Translations under genes and position numbers: made by a program
Notes under the pieces: generated by a model
Database searches by the model: none
What the model was told of the DNA's origin: nothing
What the model saw: only the letters and a program-made list of their open reading frames with translations
In this document: one piece after another, positions 54,979-64,000 of the stretch
How positions within the stretch are numbered: the stretch's first letter is position 1
Layout: each line of letters begins with the position of its first letter
Origin: Spirochaetia bacterium
GTDB lineage: Bacteria > Spirochaetota > Spirochaetia > UBA9216
Assembly: GCA_963675665.1 (NCBI GenBank)
Contig: OY776510.1
Location: forward strand, 352,001-416,000
Length of the DNA stretch: 64,000 bases
Reading direction: 5' to 3'

Positions 54979-56259
54979 CTAACCAAAAATTAAATTCGGC
55001 AAAAAAAGAACAAGGTCCTTAAAAAATACACATATTCCTACCACTGCCAGTATTGCTATAACAAACGGAATAGTCTCGCGTGAAGTTTCTTCCGGAGTAC
55101 ACCCCATTATGCTTGAAGTAGTATAAACGGCAATTCCGACAGGCGGCGTCATTATTCCCATTGTTACAATTGTCATCATTATTATTCCGAACTGCACTGG
55201 ATCAATACCTGCCTTTGTAACAACCGGCAGTAATATGGGAGTCAGCAGCAACGCTACAACTGTTGTCTCTACAAACATCCCGCTGAATGTCAGCAACAGT
55301 ATTATTATAAAAAGCAGCAGATACTGGTTGGATGTAACGCCTATCAGAAATTCAGCCATTACCTGCGGTATGCGGTCATATACTATTCCGTATCCGAAAA
55401 TCCCGGATAAAGCAACAATAATCATTATTATCCCGATATCCCGGATGCTGTTTTTTACCGTTTCAATGAAAGCCTGCCATGTAAGCTCTTTGTAAACAAA
55501 GACCCCGATAACAATCGCATATACAGCAGCAAATGCCCCGGATTCCGACGGTGTCATAATCCCGATTCTTATTCCGACAAGCAGGATGACAGGAAACATC
55601 AGGGCCCAGATGCTGTTAACAATCGCTGAAAGCGTTTCTTTCACTGTAGGCTTTTCCACTTTTTCAGGCAAATACTTTTTCCTGCCCGCCGTTATACGGA
55701 TGGTTATCATCAGGGCCGCCATCATCAGCAATCCGGGCACAATTCCCGCTGCAAACAGCCTTCCTATTGAAACTTCTCCTACTGAACCGTAGATAATCAA
55801 TCCCATACTGGGAGGAATTGTCGCCGTTATAAGCGCTGTGCAGCCGTTAACTGCCGCGGAATAACCCTTTTTGTACCCGCGTTTTGTCATATCGGGACCT
55901 AAAATCCTGCACTCCATGGCAGCATCCGCATTTGCTGAACCTGAAACTCCTCCCATCAGGGTTGAGAGTATGCATGACACCTGGGCCAGATTGCCGTACA
56001 TATGACCGGTCAGGATATTCGAAAGCTTTATCAGCCTTTTCGTAATCCCGGTATTATTCATCAGGTTCCCGGCAAATATAAAAAGCGGTATGGCAAGCAG
56101 AGTAAAACTCTGAGTGGAGCTGACTACCTTCTGCACAATTATTGAAGGTGGCAGATCCGGGGTTGTAAAGAAAAAGATGGCGCCTGAAATACCGATTGCG
56201 AAAGCCACAGGCATACCCAGGAAAAGTAAAAGAATAAAAACCAGTACAACTATACCCAT
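54979..56259 (-). CDS. TRAP transporter large permease (DctM)
   Basis: SFTLLAIPLFI..G.LM, GVSGSANADAA, IPPSMG, TPSESGA, TPPVG. Confidence 0.93.
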   Translation of the reverse strand: MGIVVLVFILLLFLGMPVAFAIGISGAIFFFTTPDLPPSIIVQKVVSSTQSFTLLAIPLFIFAGNLMNNTGITKRLIKLSNILTGHMYGNLAQVSCILSTLMGGVSGSANADAAMECRILGPDMTKRGYKKGYSAAVNGCTALITATIPPSMGLIIYGSVGEVSIGRLFAAGIVPGLLMMAALMITIRITAGRKKYLPEKVEKPTVKETLSAIVNSIWALMFPVILLVGIRIGIMTPSESGAFAAVYAIVIGVFVYKELTWQAFIETVKNSIRDIGIIMIIVALSGIFGYGIVYDRIPQVMAEFLIGVTSNQYLLLFIIILLLTFSGMFVETTVVALLLTPILLPVVTKAGIDPVQFGIIMMTIVTMGIMTPPVGIAVYTTSSIMGCTPEETSRETIPFVIAILAVVGICVFFKDLVLFLPNLIFG

Positions 56260-56738
56260 CAGCACGTCACCCTAATATTAGTCATTTTAACCTTACGTAC
56301 AAGCTTTAAAATTATCGTCAGAATCATCAGGCATGAACCGACCGGAACACTTATGGCTGCCCAGGAATAGCTGATACCCAACGCCTGAAAAAGCCTTTTA
56401 TAATTCTCAATAGTCAGGGGGATTCCAAACCTGATTAATATGGCCAGGAATCCGACAATTACGATGTTCCAGATATAATAAAATGATAACTGAGCTTTGT
56501 TTGAAAGTTTTTTAATAAACATATCGACATTTACATAATCTGCCTTTCTGAGAGCAACATCAGCACCCAGAAAGACTACCCATGCAAACAGAAGCAATGA
56601 AACATCCTGTGCCCAGTTCAAGGGGTGTGATACAGCCCTGGCAAGAGCGGACAGAAAGACGAGAGCTACTATTATGCACAGGAATATTCCGGTAACAAGC
56701 TCTTCAACCCTGCAGAATGCTTCATAAAACTTCTTCAT
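56259..56738 (-). CDS. TRAP transporter small permease (DctQ)
   Basis: Four TM segments, PLNWAQD, WVVFLGA, VNVD. Confidence 0.9.
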   Translation of the reverse strand: MKKFYEAFCRVEELVTGIFLCIIVALVFLSALARAVSHPLNWAQDVSLLLFAWVVFLGADVALRKADYVNVDMFIKKLSNKAQLSFYYIWNIVIVGFLAILIRFGIPLTIENYKRLFQALGISYSWAAISVPVGSCLMILTIILKLVRKVKMTNIRVTC

Positions 56739-56753
56739 TGATAAAATCCTTAT

Positions 56754-57755
56754 TTATTTTCCAATCTCATTAAAAATTTGTTTTCTCAGCTCAAGAAATC
56801 CAAGTTCCTTATAAGCGGCTTCGGAAGCTGCTTTAAAAGCTGCTCTGTCCGCATCAACGACAACCATTCCCTCATCAACCATTTTCTGTTCAAATTCATC
56901 TCCCAGAGATTCGACGAGTCTGGCGTTACTTGTTGCAGCTTTTTTACACTCCTCGACAAGTATTGTCTGGTATTCTTCCGGAAGTGTTTTAAACCATTTC
57001 TCACCTACAATAATACCATTTACCAGCTGGAAATGAGCCGTTTTATTTATATATTTCAGTACTTCGTATATTCTTAATCCGTAAGAAGCTGTATGCTGGG
57101 CCTCACAACCGTCTACAGCTTTCGACTGTACACCGTTATATGTATCGGTCCAGCCCATGGCTACAGGTGTAGCGCCCATGGATGCAACAGATTTGGACCA
57201 TACCGGAGCGCCCGGGGTTCTTATTCTAACCCCGCTCAGATCCGCGGGAGATTTTACAGGTTTGTTTGTCAGGAAGTGTCTTGCTCCGTCATACCAGTTA
57301 AAACTGAGCACCCTGATATTATTCTGGCCGGAAAGTTCGTCAACCCAGGCAGAGAATGTATTTGTTTCGGTGATGGCCAAAACATCATCATAATTATCAG
57401 CAATATAGGGCATGCCGATAATTCCGATATCTTTAACATAATTGGACATTCTGCCGCCGTCAGTAAGAACCGCAACGTTTACACCCTGAATGGCCTGCTC
57501 GATAACATCTTCGTCACTGCCGAGCTGAGCGGAAGGATAAACTTCAATTTTAAGTTTACCTTCAGTCCGTTCACTGACCTTTTCAGCCCAGTCCTTAAAA
57601 CCGCTTACCATAGGACTTGATTCATTCAACTGAGTCGACATCTTCAGCGTATAAACCTTATCCCCCGAATCTTCCTGGGTGCCTGAAGCAAATACCATAC
57701 TGACAGAAATACTAATCATTACTATCAGTATTAGAGCTGTTTTTCTTTTTATCAT
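56754..57755 (-). CDS. TRAP substrate-binding protein (DctP, hexuronate-linked)
   Basis: Signal VFASGTQE; IEVYPSAQLG, GARHF, GVRIRTP, VDGCE. Confidence 0.92.
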   Translation of the reverse strand: MIKRKTALILIVMISISVSMVFASGTQEDSGDKVYTLKMSTQLNESSPMVSGFKDWAEKVSERTEGKLKIEVYPSAQLGSDEDVIEQAIQGVNVAVLTDGGRMSNYVKDIGIIGMPYIADNYDDVLAITETNTFSAWVDELSGQNNIRVLSFNWYDGARHFLTNKPVKSPADLSGVRIRTPGAPVWSKSVASMGATPVAMGWTDTYNGVQSKAVDGCEAQHTASYGLRIYEVLKYINKTAHFQLVNGIIVGEKWFKTLPEEYQTILVEECKKAATSNARLVESLGDEFEQKMVDEGMVVVDADRAAFKAASEAAYKELGFLELRKQIFNEIGK

Positions 57756-57906
57756 CTTCCTCTCCTTTAAAATTTATAATTAACATGCTACCATACAAGT
57801 GTACATGTGTCAAACTTTTTTTATCTTCAGCACGAAAGAAAAACCCCGACTTGATTTTTAAGAACTTACATACTAAAGTACTACAATATCACTCTTGGAG
57901 AACAGA

Positions 57907-58614
57907 ATGCGGGCAAAAAAAGCTTCATCAATAAGTAATACTGTTTACGATCTGCTTTATAAGAATATCGTAAACCTAAATCTGCCGCCGGGAACAACAA
58001 TAAGCGAAAAAGAAATTGCTGAAAAACTGAACGTCAGCAGGACCCCGGTCCGTGAAGCGTTCATAAAACTCTCACAGGAAGCTCTGGTAAATATAATACC
58101 GCAGAAAGGCACAATCGTTTCAAGAATTGATCTTGCAAGGGTACAGGAAGAACGTTTCCTGCGAGAATCTCTGGAATTTTCCGTTGTCGATTTATTTGTT
58201 AAATCAAAAACTGATTCGGGCCTGTTAAAGATGAATCAAATGATAGATAAACAGAAAAAAGCTCTTAAAAATCTGGAAATACTTGAATTCATCAATTATG
58301 ACGATGAATTTCACAGGATCATGTTTGAAGAAACAAACAAACTTCTCTGCTATAATCTAATTAAAAGTTTCTCAAGTCATTACAGAAGAATTCGGTATTT
58401 ATCCTTAAAAATTGAGAATATTCCTGCAAACGTAATCAGTCAGCACGAAGATCTGGTTCAGGCGCTGAAAGAAAATAATTCAGCCAAAGCGCAAAGTATA
58501 CTGAGAAAACATATCCAGAAACTGATTTTTGAAAAAGAAGAAATCTTTACCGTCTACCCTGACTATTTTCAGAAAGAAGAGGATAATATTGATGACTACA
58601 CGTTTATCAGCTAA
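57907..58614 (+). CDS. GntR family regulator divergent from the TRAP-uxu operon
   Basis: ISEKEIAEKLNVSRTPVREA, PQKGT.VS.ID, DDEFH, QH; start ATG 57907 after GGAG. Confidence 0.92.
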   Translation: MRAKKASSISNTVYDLLYKNIVNLNLPPGTTISEKEIAEKLNVSRTPVREAFIKLSQEALVNIIPQKGTIVSRIDLARVQEERFLRESLEFSVVDLFVKSKTDSGLLKMNQMIDKQKKALKNLEILEFINYDDEFHRIMFEETNKLLCYNLIKSFSSHYRRIRYLSLKIENIPANVISQHEDLVQALKENNSAKAQSILRKHIQKLIFEKEEIFTVYPDYFQKEEDNIDDYTFIS

Positions 58615-58619
58615 CAGCC

Positions 58620-59212
58620 CATAAGATTCAATGTTTCGCTGATGATTTCTCTGGATCTTGGGGTATCATCCTTGCAGTCAAACAGGCAGGGACCTTCCGG
58701 ATATTTTATTGCGGTAAGCTACGCTCCAGCCTTTTCCGCACGCTTGTTGAACCTTTCCATATTATCTACAATCTTTAAGATCAGGATTTCAAGCGCATGA
58801 TTAGGGTTCTGCAGCTTATAAGCAACAGAGATTATTCCGGCTCCCGCTATTGTCTGTCCCCTCTGGATATACGGGTTGTTATCCTTCAGAGCCTGCCATA
58901 CCAGTTTTGCGCATGGGCGTTTGTATCGCCGGCGAAAAGGATAACAACGCCTTTGGCTTCATTAATATCTTTTTCCGGCGGATAATCGATATCGGCAATT
59001 TTACAGGAATTATAATCCAGCCGCGCAACCTTCACTTCTGAAATCCCGGAGCGATAATTAAATTTCCGGAACCTATGCCTCCTTTTGCAGTCCTCTCGGC
59101 AAAATGTTCGTTCTATGAGAGAAGTTCCTTTTCTATATCAATTGTCGTTTGAGCGGCGGCAGGAAAAGATAGAATTATTATCACAGAAATAAAAAAAACG
59201 TTTTTCCCTCAT
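58620..59212 (-). pseudogene. Possible decayed gene for an exported protein
   Basis: GGAG plus ATG 59212. Removing one T from a T8 tract gives signal-peptide-like MREKRFFISVIIILSFPAAAQ, followed by an in-frame stop. A downstream frame reads DIDYPP...GVVILFAG. No long ORF in ~600 bp; the 3' boundary is approximate. Confidence 0.35.
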
Positions 59213-59270
59213 TGCAGCTCCTGATTATTATTGTTCATCAGCCTTACCACGAGAAAATTTTAAAGGATTT

Positions 59271-59741
59271 TCAGGGAACAATCCTGTATTCCATCGGAAA
59301 GAAGATTATACCGTCCTTCTGCTGCCGCTCATCAGTCTGAACAAATCCCAACCTTTTATATACGGGCAATGCAAACGGTGATGAAAAAACCGAGACAACC
59401 TCAGATTCCGGATATTCTTTTTTGATTTCTTCCAGGGAAAAGTCGAACATCATACGCCCTATACCTCTGCCGTGGAACTGCTTTTTCACAAAAAAGGTTG
59501 AAAGGTGAGTTTTATCACGAAAGGCACAGACTCCTGCCATAATTCCGTCGGCCCTTGCGCAAAGAGTGAGCGCGCCGTCATTCATTCGTTTCGAAACAGC
59601 CTCTTTGGTCAGAAAAGTGTAAAAATGTTCATTCCCCTCTTCGGGATAATCCGGGGCGACAAACTCGTCATAGACTTCCCGTACGAGAAGACAAAAATCA
59701 GGGATTTCGTTTTCAGTCAGTTTGCTTATTTTTATATCCAT
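59271..59741 (-). CDS. GNAT family N-acetyltransferase
   Basis: FFVKKQFHGRGIGR, SSPFALPVYKRLGF. Confidence 0.88.
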   Translation of the reverse strand: MDIKISKLTENEIPDFCLLVREVYDEFVAPDYPEEGNEHFYTFLTKEAVSKRMNDGALTLCARADGIMAGVCAFRDKTHLSTFFVKKQFHGRGIGRMMFDFSLEEIKKEYPESEVVSVFSSPFALPVYKRLGFVQTDERQQKDGIIFFPMEYRIVP

Positions 59742-59806
59742 ACATCAGAATAAAAAAAATTACGGATTAAAACAAGGTTATCTAAAAACCGTGCCATATT
59801 AAAATA

Positions 59807-59836
59807 AAAAAGCCTTCCCTGAATACAAAGAAGGCT
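59807..59836 (-). terminator. Rho-independent terminator after the RidA gene
   Basis: Minus strand AGCCTTC-N12-GAAGGCT-TTTT. Confidence 0.6.
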
Positions 59837-59855
59837 CCGTTTGATATGACGGATA

Positions 59856-60236
59856 TTATTCTTTTATCGCTATTGCTTCAATCTCAACCAGAGCGTCTTT
59901 GGGCAGTCTTGCCACTTCGACAGCGCTTCTTGCCGGAAAATCTGCAGAAAAGTATTTTGCATAAACTTCATTCATCTTATTGAAATCTTTCATACTGTTG
60001 AGAAAAACTGTAGTCTTTAGAACCTTTCCAAGGCTGCTGTTCTGACTCTCAAGCACAGCTTTCAGGTTCTCCAGGGCCTGCCCGGTCTGCTTTTCAACTG
60101 TTTCGGGCATTTTGCCGGTCTCTGCATCAATGCCTATCTGGCCCGATGTAAAAACCAGCTTTTCAAATGATGCAGCTACAGAATAGGGACCGATTGGTTC
60201 AGGTATCGATTTCCCGCTGTTTATTTCCATACTCAT
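59856..60236 (-). CDS. ridA: RidA/YjgF reactive enamine deaminase
   Basis: PIGPYS, SGQI, VLKTTVFL..M.DF..MNEVY, PARSAVEVARLPK.ALVEIEAIA. Confidence 0.9.
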   Translation of the reverse strand: MSMEINSGKSIPEPIGPYSVAASFEKLVFTSGQIGIDAETGKMPETVEKQTGQALENLKAVLESQNSSLGKVLKTTVFLNSMKDFNKMNEVYAKYFSADFPARSAVEVARLPKDALVEIEAIAIKE

Positions 60237-60262
60237 TTTTCTTCCTCCAAGTTATTAATCAG

Positions 60263-61192
60263 CTACCCGCATTTTGACAGAATAGATTCCCATCTTTTAT
60301 CAACTTCATTTTGAATATCCTGCAGCAAATGCTGATTCTCTTTTTCAAATAGATGCTTAAACCTTCCCTGAGGTTTTAAGAAATCTTCAACCGGAAGTTT
60401 CTTTTTCGGTTCATAGGTAAGCTTCCACTTTCCCTCATCCACTTCAAACATCGGCCAGTAACAGGTATCGGCAGCGAGCCTGCACATCTTCATCATATCT
60501 GCCGTTTCGTACCGCCAGCCTCTGGGACATGGCGCCAGCACATTCAGGAAAGCCGCTCCCTTTTTATATATCGCCTTTTCAGCCTTTTCGTGAATGTCTT
60601 TGAAATTTGTGAGAAAAGTGGTCTGGGCAACATAAGGTATATTATGGGCGGCAATAACGTCGGTCAGTTCCTTCCGGTTCTGAATCTTGCCGCTGCTTTC
60701 CGATCCGACGGGCGTTGTGGTCGTATCAGCATATTGCGGCGTAGCCGACGACCGCTGAATTCCGGTGTTCATATAAGCGCCGTTGTCATAGCAGACATAA
60801 ACCATATCATGATTTCTTTCCATCGCGCCTGAAAGCGACTGGAACCCGATATCATATGTACCTCCGTCGCCTCCGAACGTAATGAATTTGAAATCCTTTT
60901 TAATCCTTCCCCGTCTTTTCAGGGCATTATATGCACCTTCTACCCCGCTTACTGTTGCTGCAGCGTTTTCGAACGCATTATGTATGAAAGAATCTTTCCA
61001 GGATGTATACGGGTACATGAATGTCGACACCTCAAGACACCCTGTGGCACAGCCTATTACTGCCTTGTCTTCGGATTGAACACTTCTTAAAACAGCCCGG
61101 ACGGCAACGGGCGCTCCGCAACCCGCACACATTCGGTGTCCGCCGGCAAGCCTGTCCGGCTTCTGCACAATTTCTTTAAAATTATATGACAT
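60263..61192 (-). CDS. porB: 2-oxoacid:ferredoxin oxidoreductase beta subunit (TPP-binding)
   Basis: GHRMCAGCG, TGCLEV, GGDGGTYDIG.Q.LSGA, YDN.AYMNTGIQRS, PCPRGW. Confidence 0.9.
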   Translation of the reverse strand: MSYNFKEIVQKPDRLAGGHRMCAGCGAPVAVRAVLRSVQSEDKAVIGCATGCLEVSTFMYPYTSWKDSFIHNAFENAAATVSGVEGAYNALKRRGRIKKDFKFITFGGDGGTYDIGFQSLSGAMERNHDMVYVCYDNGAYMNTGIQRSSATPQYADTTTTPVGSESSGKIQNRKELTDVIAAHNIPYVAQTTFLTNFKDIHEKAEKAIYKKGAAFLNVLAPCPRGWRYETADMMKMCRLAADTCYWPMFEVDEGKWKLTYEPKKKLPVEDFLKPQGRFKHLFEKENQHLLQDIQNEVDKRWESILSKCG

Positions 61193-61194
61193 AA

Positions 61195-62376
61195 TTATTC
61201 TCTTACCCCCAGATACCTGAATATTCCGGCAGAATCATCACCTTCAGCAACATCTTCAAGCTCGTTATAAACCTGTCTGATATCATCCGTCCTGACGTCC
61301 CTTCCCCCGAGGCCGTAAACATAGCTGACTACCTTCACAGAGGTTCCGTGTCCGTACAGCGCTGAACGAATCTCGGCGAAAAGCGGCCCGCCGCAGCCGG
61401 ACATACCGTCGCTTTTATCAAGAACTGCAATTGCCTTCAGCCCGCCGAGAGCTTCTTTAATCTCGTCAAACGGAAACGGCCGGAAGACCCTGATCTTCAG
61501 AAGCCCTGCTTTAACCCCGTTTGAACGAAGTTCATCTACAACTGTCTTTGCAGTTCCGGCGGACGAATTGATAACAACAATACCTATTTCTGCATCATTC
61601 AGCTTATATTCCTCAAAGAACCCGTATTCGCGCCCCGTAAGTTTCCGGTACTCTTCGGCTACATCGAGAATTACCTTTCTGGCGTTCAGCATTGCCTGAA
61701 GCTGCTGCCTTTTGCTTTCCATGTAATATGCTGATGTAGCATACGGTCCCAGCGACAAATGAGAATCTTCCGACAAAAGATGGTTTTCAGGGTTATAAGT
61801 TCCTACAAACCCGCTGACTTTTTCATCTTCCAGCAGTTCGATATTTTCCACTGCATGACTTGTGATAAACCCGTCCTGACAAACCATAACCGGAAGCTGA
61901 ACATCAGGATGCTCACCAATCCGCACCGCCTGAATAAGATTATCGTATGCCTCCTGGTTGTCCTCGGAGTAAATCTGAATCCATCCGGCATCTCTTGCGC
62001 CCATTGAATCGCTGTGATCAGCATTAATGTTTATCGGTCCGGAAAGCGCCCTGTTAACACAAGCCATTGTTATCGGAAGTTTCAGCGACGATGCGATATA
62101 AAGCATTTCCCACATCAAAGCCAGCCCGCATGATGAGGTAGCCGTCATCGTTCTGGCTCCGGCTGCCTGCGAGCCGATACACGCGGACATCGCGCTGTGT
62201 TCGGATTCCACGGGAATAAATTCGGTATCTACCAGCCCTCCAGAAACATAGGACGAATAATACTGCGGGATCTCGGTAGAAGGGGTGATTGGAAAAGCCG
62301 GTAAAACATCCGGGTTTATCTGCCTCATGGCAGTTGCGGCAGCCTCATTGCCCGACATTCGCTCATAAACACTCAT
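61195..62376 (-). CDS. porA: 2-oxoacid:ferredoxin oxidoreductase alpha subunit
   Basis: GNEAAA, FPITPST, VESEHSAMSA, TATSS.GL, DHSD, DGFITSH, FRPFP, GLGGRD; start MSVYER. Confidence 0.9.
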   Translation of the reverse strand: MSVYERMSGNEAAATAMRQINPDVLPAFPITPSTEIPQYYSSYVSGGLVDTEFIPVESEHSAMSACIGSQAAGARTMTATSSCGLALMWEMLYIASSLKLPITMACVNRALSGPININADHSDSMGARDAGWIQIYSEDNQEAYDNLIQAVRIGEHPDVQLPVMVCQDGFITSHAVENIELLEDEKVSGFVGTYNPENHLLSEDSHLSLGPYATSAYYMESKRQQLQAMLNARKVILDVAEEYRKLTGREYGFFEEYKLNDAEIGIVVINSSAGTAKTVVDELRSNGVKAGLLKIRVFRPFPFDEIKEALGGLKAIAVLDKSDGMSGCGGPLFAEIRSALYGHGTSVKVVSYVYGLGGRDVRTDDIRQVYNELEDVAEGDDSAGIFRYLGVRE

Positions 62377-62678
62377 CAGTTGCCCTCCTTTTCCATCTTC
62401 AGGGCAGAGAACGAACATGCCTGCACACAAATTCCGCAGCCCTTGCATAAATTGAAATTAAACTGCAGTTTATCACCGTCGGCGGTTATCACTGAATCAG
62501 GACACACCGGGATGCATAAATAACAGCTTCTGCATTTACCAGGGTCAAGCTTTGGTTTAAGGCTGCTCCAGTCGCCCGTCCTGAAGTATTCCGAATTTCC
62601 GGCGGAATAAATCGCGCCGCCCGGCGTTATTTCTTTCCAGGAAACATCGGGTTTTATAATATTATTATCCGAACTCAT
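62376..62678 (-). CDS. porD: 2-oxoacid:ferredoxin oxidoreductase delta subunit (2x[4Fe-4S])
   Basis: TGDW...P, CRSCYLC...CP, CKGCGIC...C. Confidence 0.9.
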   Translation of the reverse strand: MSSDNNIIKPDVSWKEITPGGAIYSAGNSEYFRTGDWSSLKPKLDPGKCRSCYLCIPVCPDSVITADGDKLQFNFNLCKGCGICVQACSFSALKMEKEGN

Positions 62679-63253
62679 ACTCTTCCGACCTCTTCAATTG
62701 CCATTTCCAGGGCCTTCATATTTCCATCGATAACACCCGGCTTTGACGCAAATTTATGCCCGAATGAAGACCTCATCTCATCTATAAAAGTATCTCTGTC
62801 CATAATGCCGCTTACCGTTACTACTGCGGCAAGCATGGGAGTATTGGGAAAATATCTTCCCAATGCAGCTATGGATATTTTTGCGGCGTCAATAACAACG
62901 ACGCGTCCTTTATACCCGTTGAGCTTCCGGACTATCTCCTCGGGTTTCTTTTCCGTATTTATTATTATGGCGCCTGTTTCTTTCAACCCGGCAGTCACAT
63001 CTACTGATTCGATCAACGTTTCATCAACTACCGCAACAAAATCCGGTTCGTATATATTTGAATGTATATTGATTTTACTGCTGCTGATCCTGTTGTATGC
63101 TGTTATGGGCGCGCCCATACGTTCCGGCCCATACTCCGGAAAACCCTGGACAAACCTGCCGGTATTAAAGGCTACATCGGCCAGAAGCAGCGAAGCTGTT
63201 TTTGCTCCCTGCCCGCCGCGGCCGTGCCATCTGATCTCAATTAATTCGGACAT
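62675..63253 (-). CDS. porC: 2-oxoacid:ferredoxin oxidoreductase gamma subunit
   Basis: EIRWHGRGGQGAKTAS, FPEYGPERMGAP, PNTPML. Confidence 0.9.
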   Translation of the reverse strand: MSELIEIRWHGRGGQGAKTASLLLADVAFNTGRFVQGFPEYGPERMGAPITAYNRISSSKINIHSNIYEPDFVAVVDETLIESVDVTAGLKETGAIIINTEKKPEEIVRKLNGYKGRVVVIDAAKISIAALGRYFPNTPMLAAVVTVSGIMDRDTFIDEMRSSFGHKFASKPGVIDGNMKALEMAIEEVGRV

Positions 63254-63332
63254 ATTCCTCCTCCGTGATATTCTGCTGATACCATAAAAAACGGGAATCC
63301 TGTTAACAAAAAGTTTCCAATATTTACAGCAT

Positions 63333-63998
63333 TTATATCAGGCTAAGCGCGTATTCAAGACTCCTGATGATATCTTCAACATCTTCAATTCCTACAGACA
63401 ACCGAACAAGACCGTCGTCAATCCCCATTTTAGCCCTGTCTTCAGGCTTAAGCATACCGTGTGTCTGCAGAGGCGGCTGCTGTATCATGGTGTCGCAGTC
63501 TCCAAGGCTTACACAGTATTTGGCAATTTCCACATTGTCTGCAAATTTGGTGGCTTTTTCGAGACCTCCCTTAACAATAAACGACATCATGCCGCCGCAG
63601 CCCTGACTACCGAACAATTTTTTCGCGAGTTCGAAATCAGGATGACTTTCAAGTCCCGGATATTCAACCTTTTCGATCTTGTCGTGCTGCTCAAGCCATT
63701 TTGCAACCACAAGCGCATTTTCACTATGCTGCCGCATTCTAAGATGCAGGGTTTTCAGTCCCCTGAGCATCAGCCAGCAGCTGAACGGGCTGGGTACCGG
63801 GCCAAGCTCCTGATAAATCGATGCCCTGATCCTGTCTACAAATTCAGCTTTTCCCACAATAGCCCCGCCGACAAGATCTCCGTGGCCGTTTATATATTTT
63901 GTCGTGCTGTGTACAACTACATCAATGCCGTGTTCAATGGGTCTTACTATATACGGTGTTGTAAATGTACTGTCGACAATGGAAACTATATTGCGCTT
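63333..63998 (-). CDS. PLP-dependent transsulfuration-family enzyme (methionine gamma-lyase-like), 5' end outside the window
   Basis: The frame is open to the window edge: VDSTF.TP...HSTTKYINGHGD (PLP Lys), LRGLKTL.LRM, YPGL..HP, SLGD, TH, LVRLSVGIEDVEDII. Confidence 0.82.
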   Translation of the reverse strand, partial: KRNIVSIVDSTFTTPYIVRPIEHGIDVVVHSTTKYINGHGDLVGGAIVGKAEFVDRIRASIYQELGPVPSPFSCWLMLRGLKTLHLRMRQHSENALVVAKWLEQHDKIEKVEYPGLESHPDFELAKKLFGSQGCGGMMSFIVKGGLEKATKFADNVEIAKYCVSLGDCDTMIQQPPLQTHGMLKPEDRAKMGIDDGLVRLSVGIEDVEDIIRSLEYALSLI

Positions 63999-64000
63999 TT

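Noticed and set aside
52238-58614. TRAP-uxuAB-GntR cluster as a novelty
   Set aside because: A conventional hexuronate/mannonate utilisation arrangement; uxaC and kdgK may lie outside the window.

Overview
A gene-dense chromosomal window from an anaerobic bacterium, most likely a free-living spirochaete. This is inferred from the FAxGxxE-type export signals, a FlgD-Ig repeat/OmpA protein, a long-form thymidine kinase and a cyclophilin-FKBP fusion. It holds about 58 CDSs and I found no rRNA, tRNA, CRISPR array or intact transposase. Main modules: (1) a complete sugar-phosphate-utilisation-type bacterial microcompartment locus (15.5-21.9 kb: DeoR, 2 BMC-H, 2 BMC-T, 4 BMC-P, acylating aldehyde dehydrogenase, RpiB, DeoC), with deoB, pdp and tdk elsewhere in the window; (2) an AT-richer block (28.4-39.5 kb) with a sugar ABC transporter, a YesMN-like two-component system and a divergent Fe-ADH, in which two paralogous uncharacterised proteins, each two copies of a ~200-aa domain, are embedded, all driven from a mirror-symmetric divergent promoter; (3) Leloir gal genes; (4) two TRAP systems, one linked to glycerate kinase and one to uxuAB; (5) pflBA under a clear ZMP/ZTP riboswitch; (6) a FitA/PIN toxin-antitoxin pair; (7) a methionine gamma-lyase-like/2-oxoacid:ferredoxin oxidoreductase/RidA cluster cut by the window end. 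Non-coding signals include palindromic repeats abutting stop codons, several operators and probable leaderless genes. All family calls come from motif recognition by eye; no database search was run.
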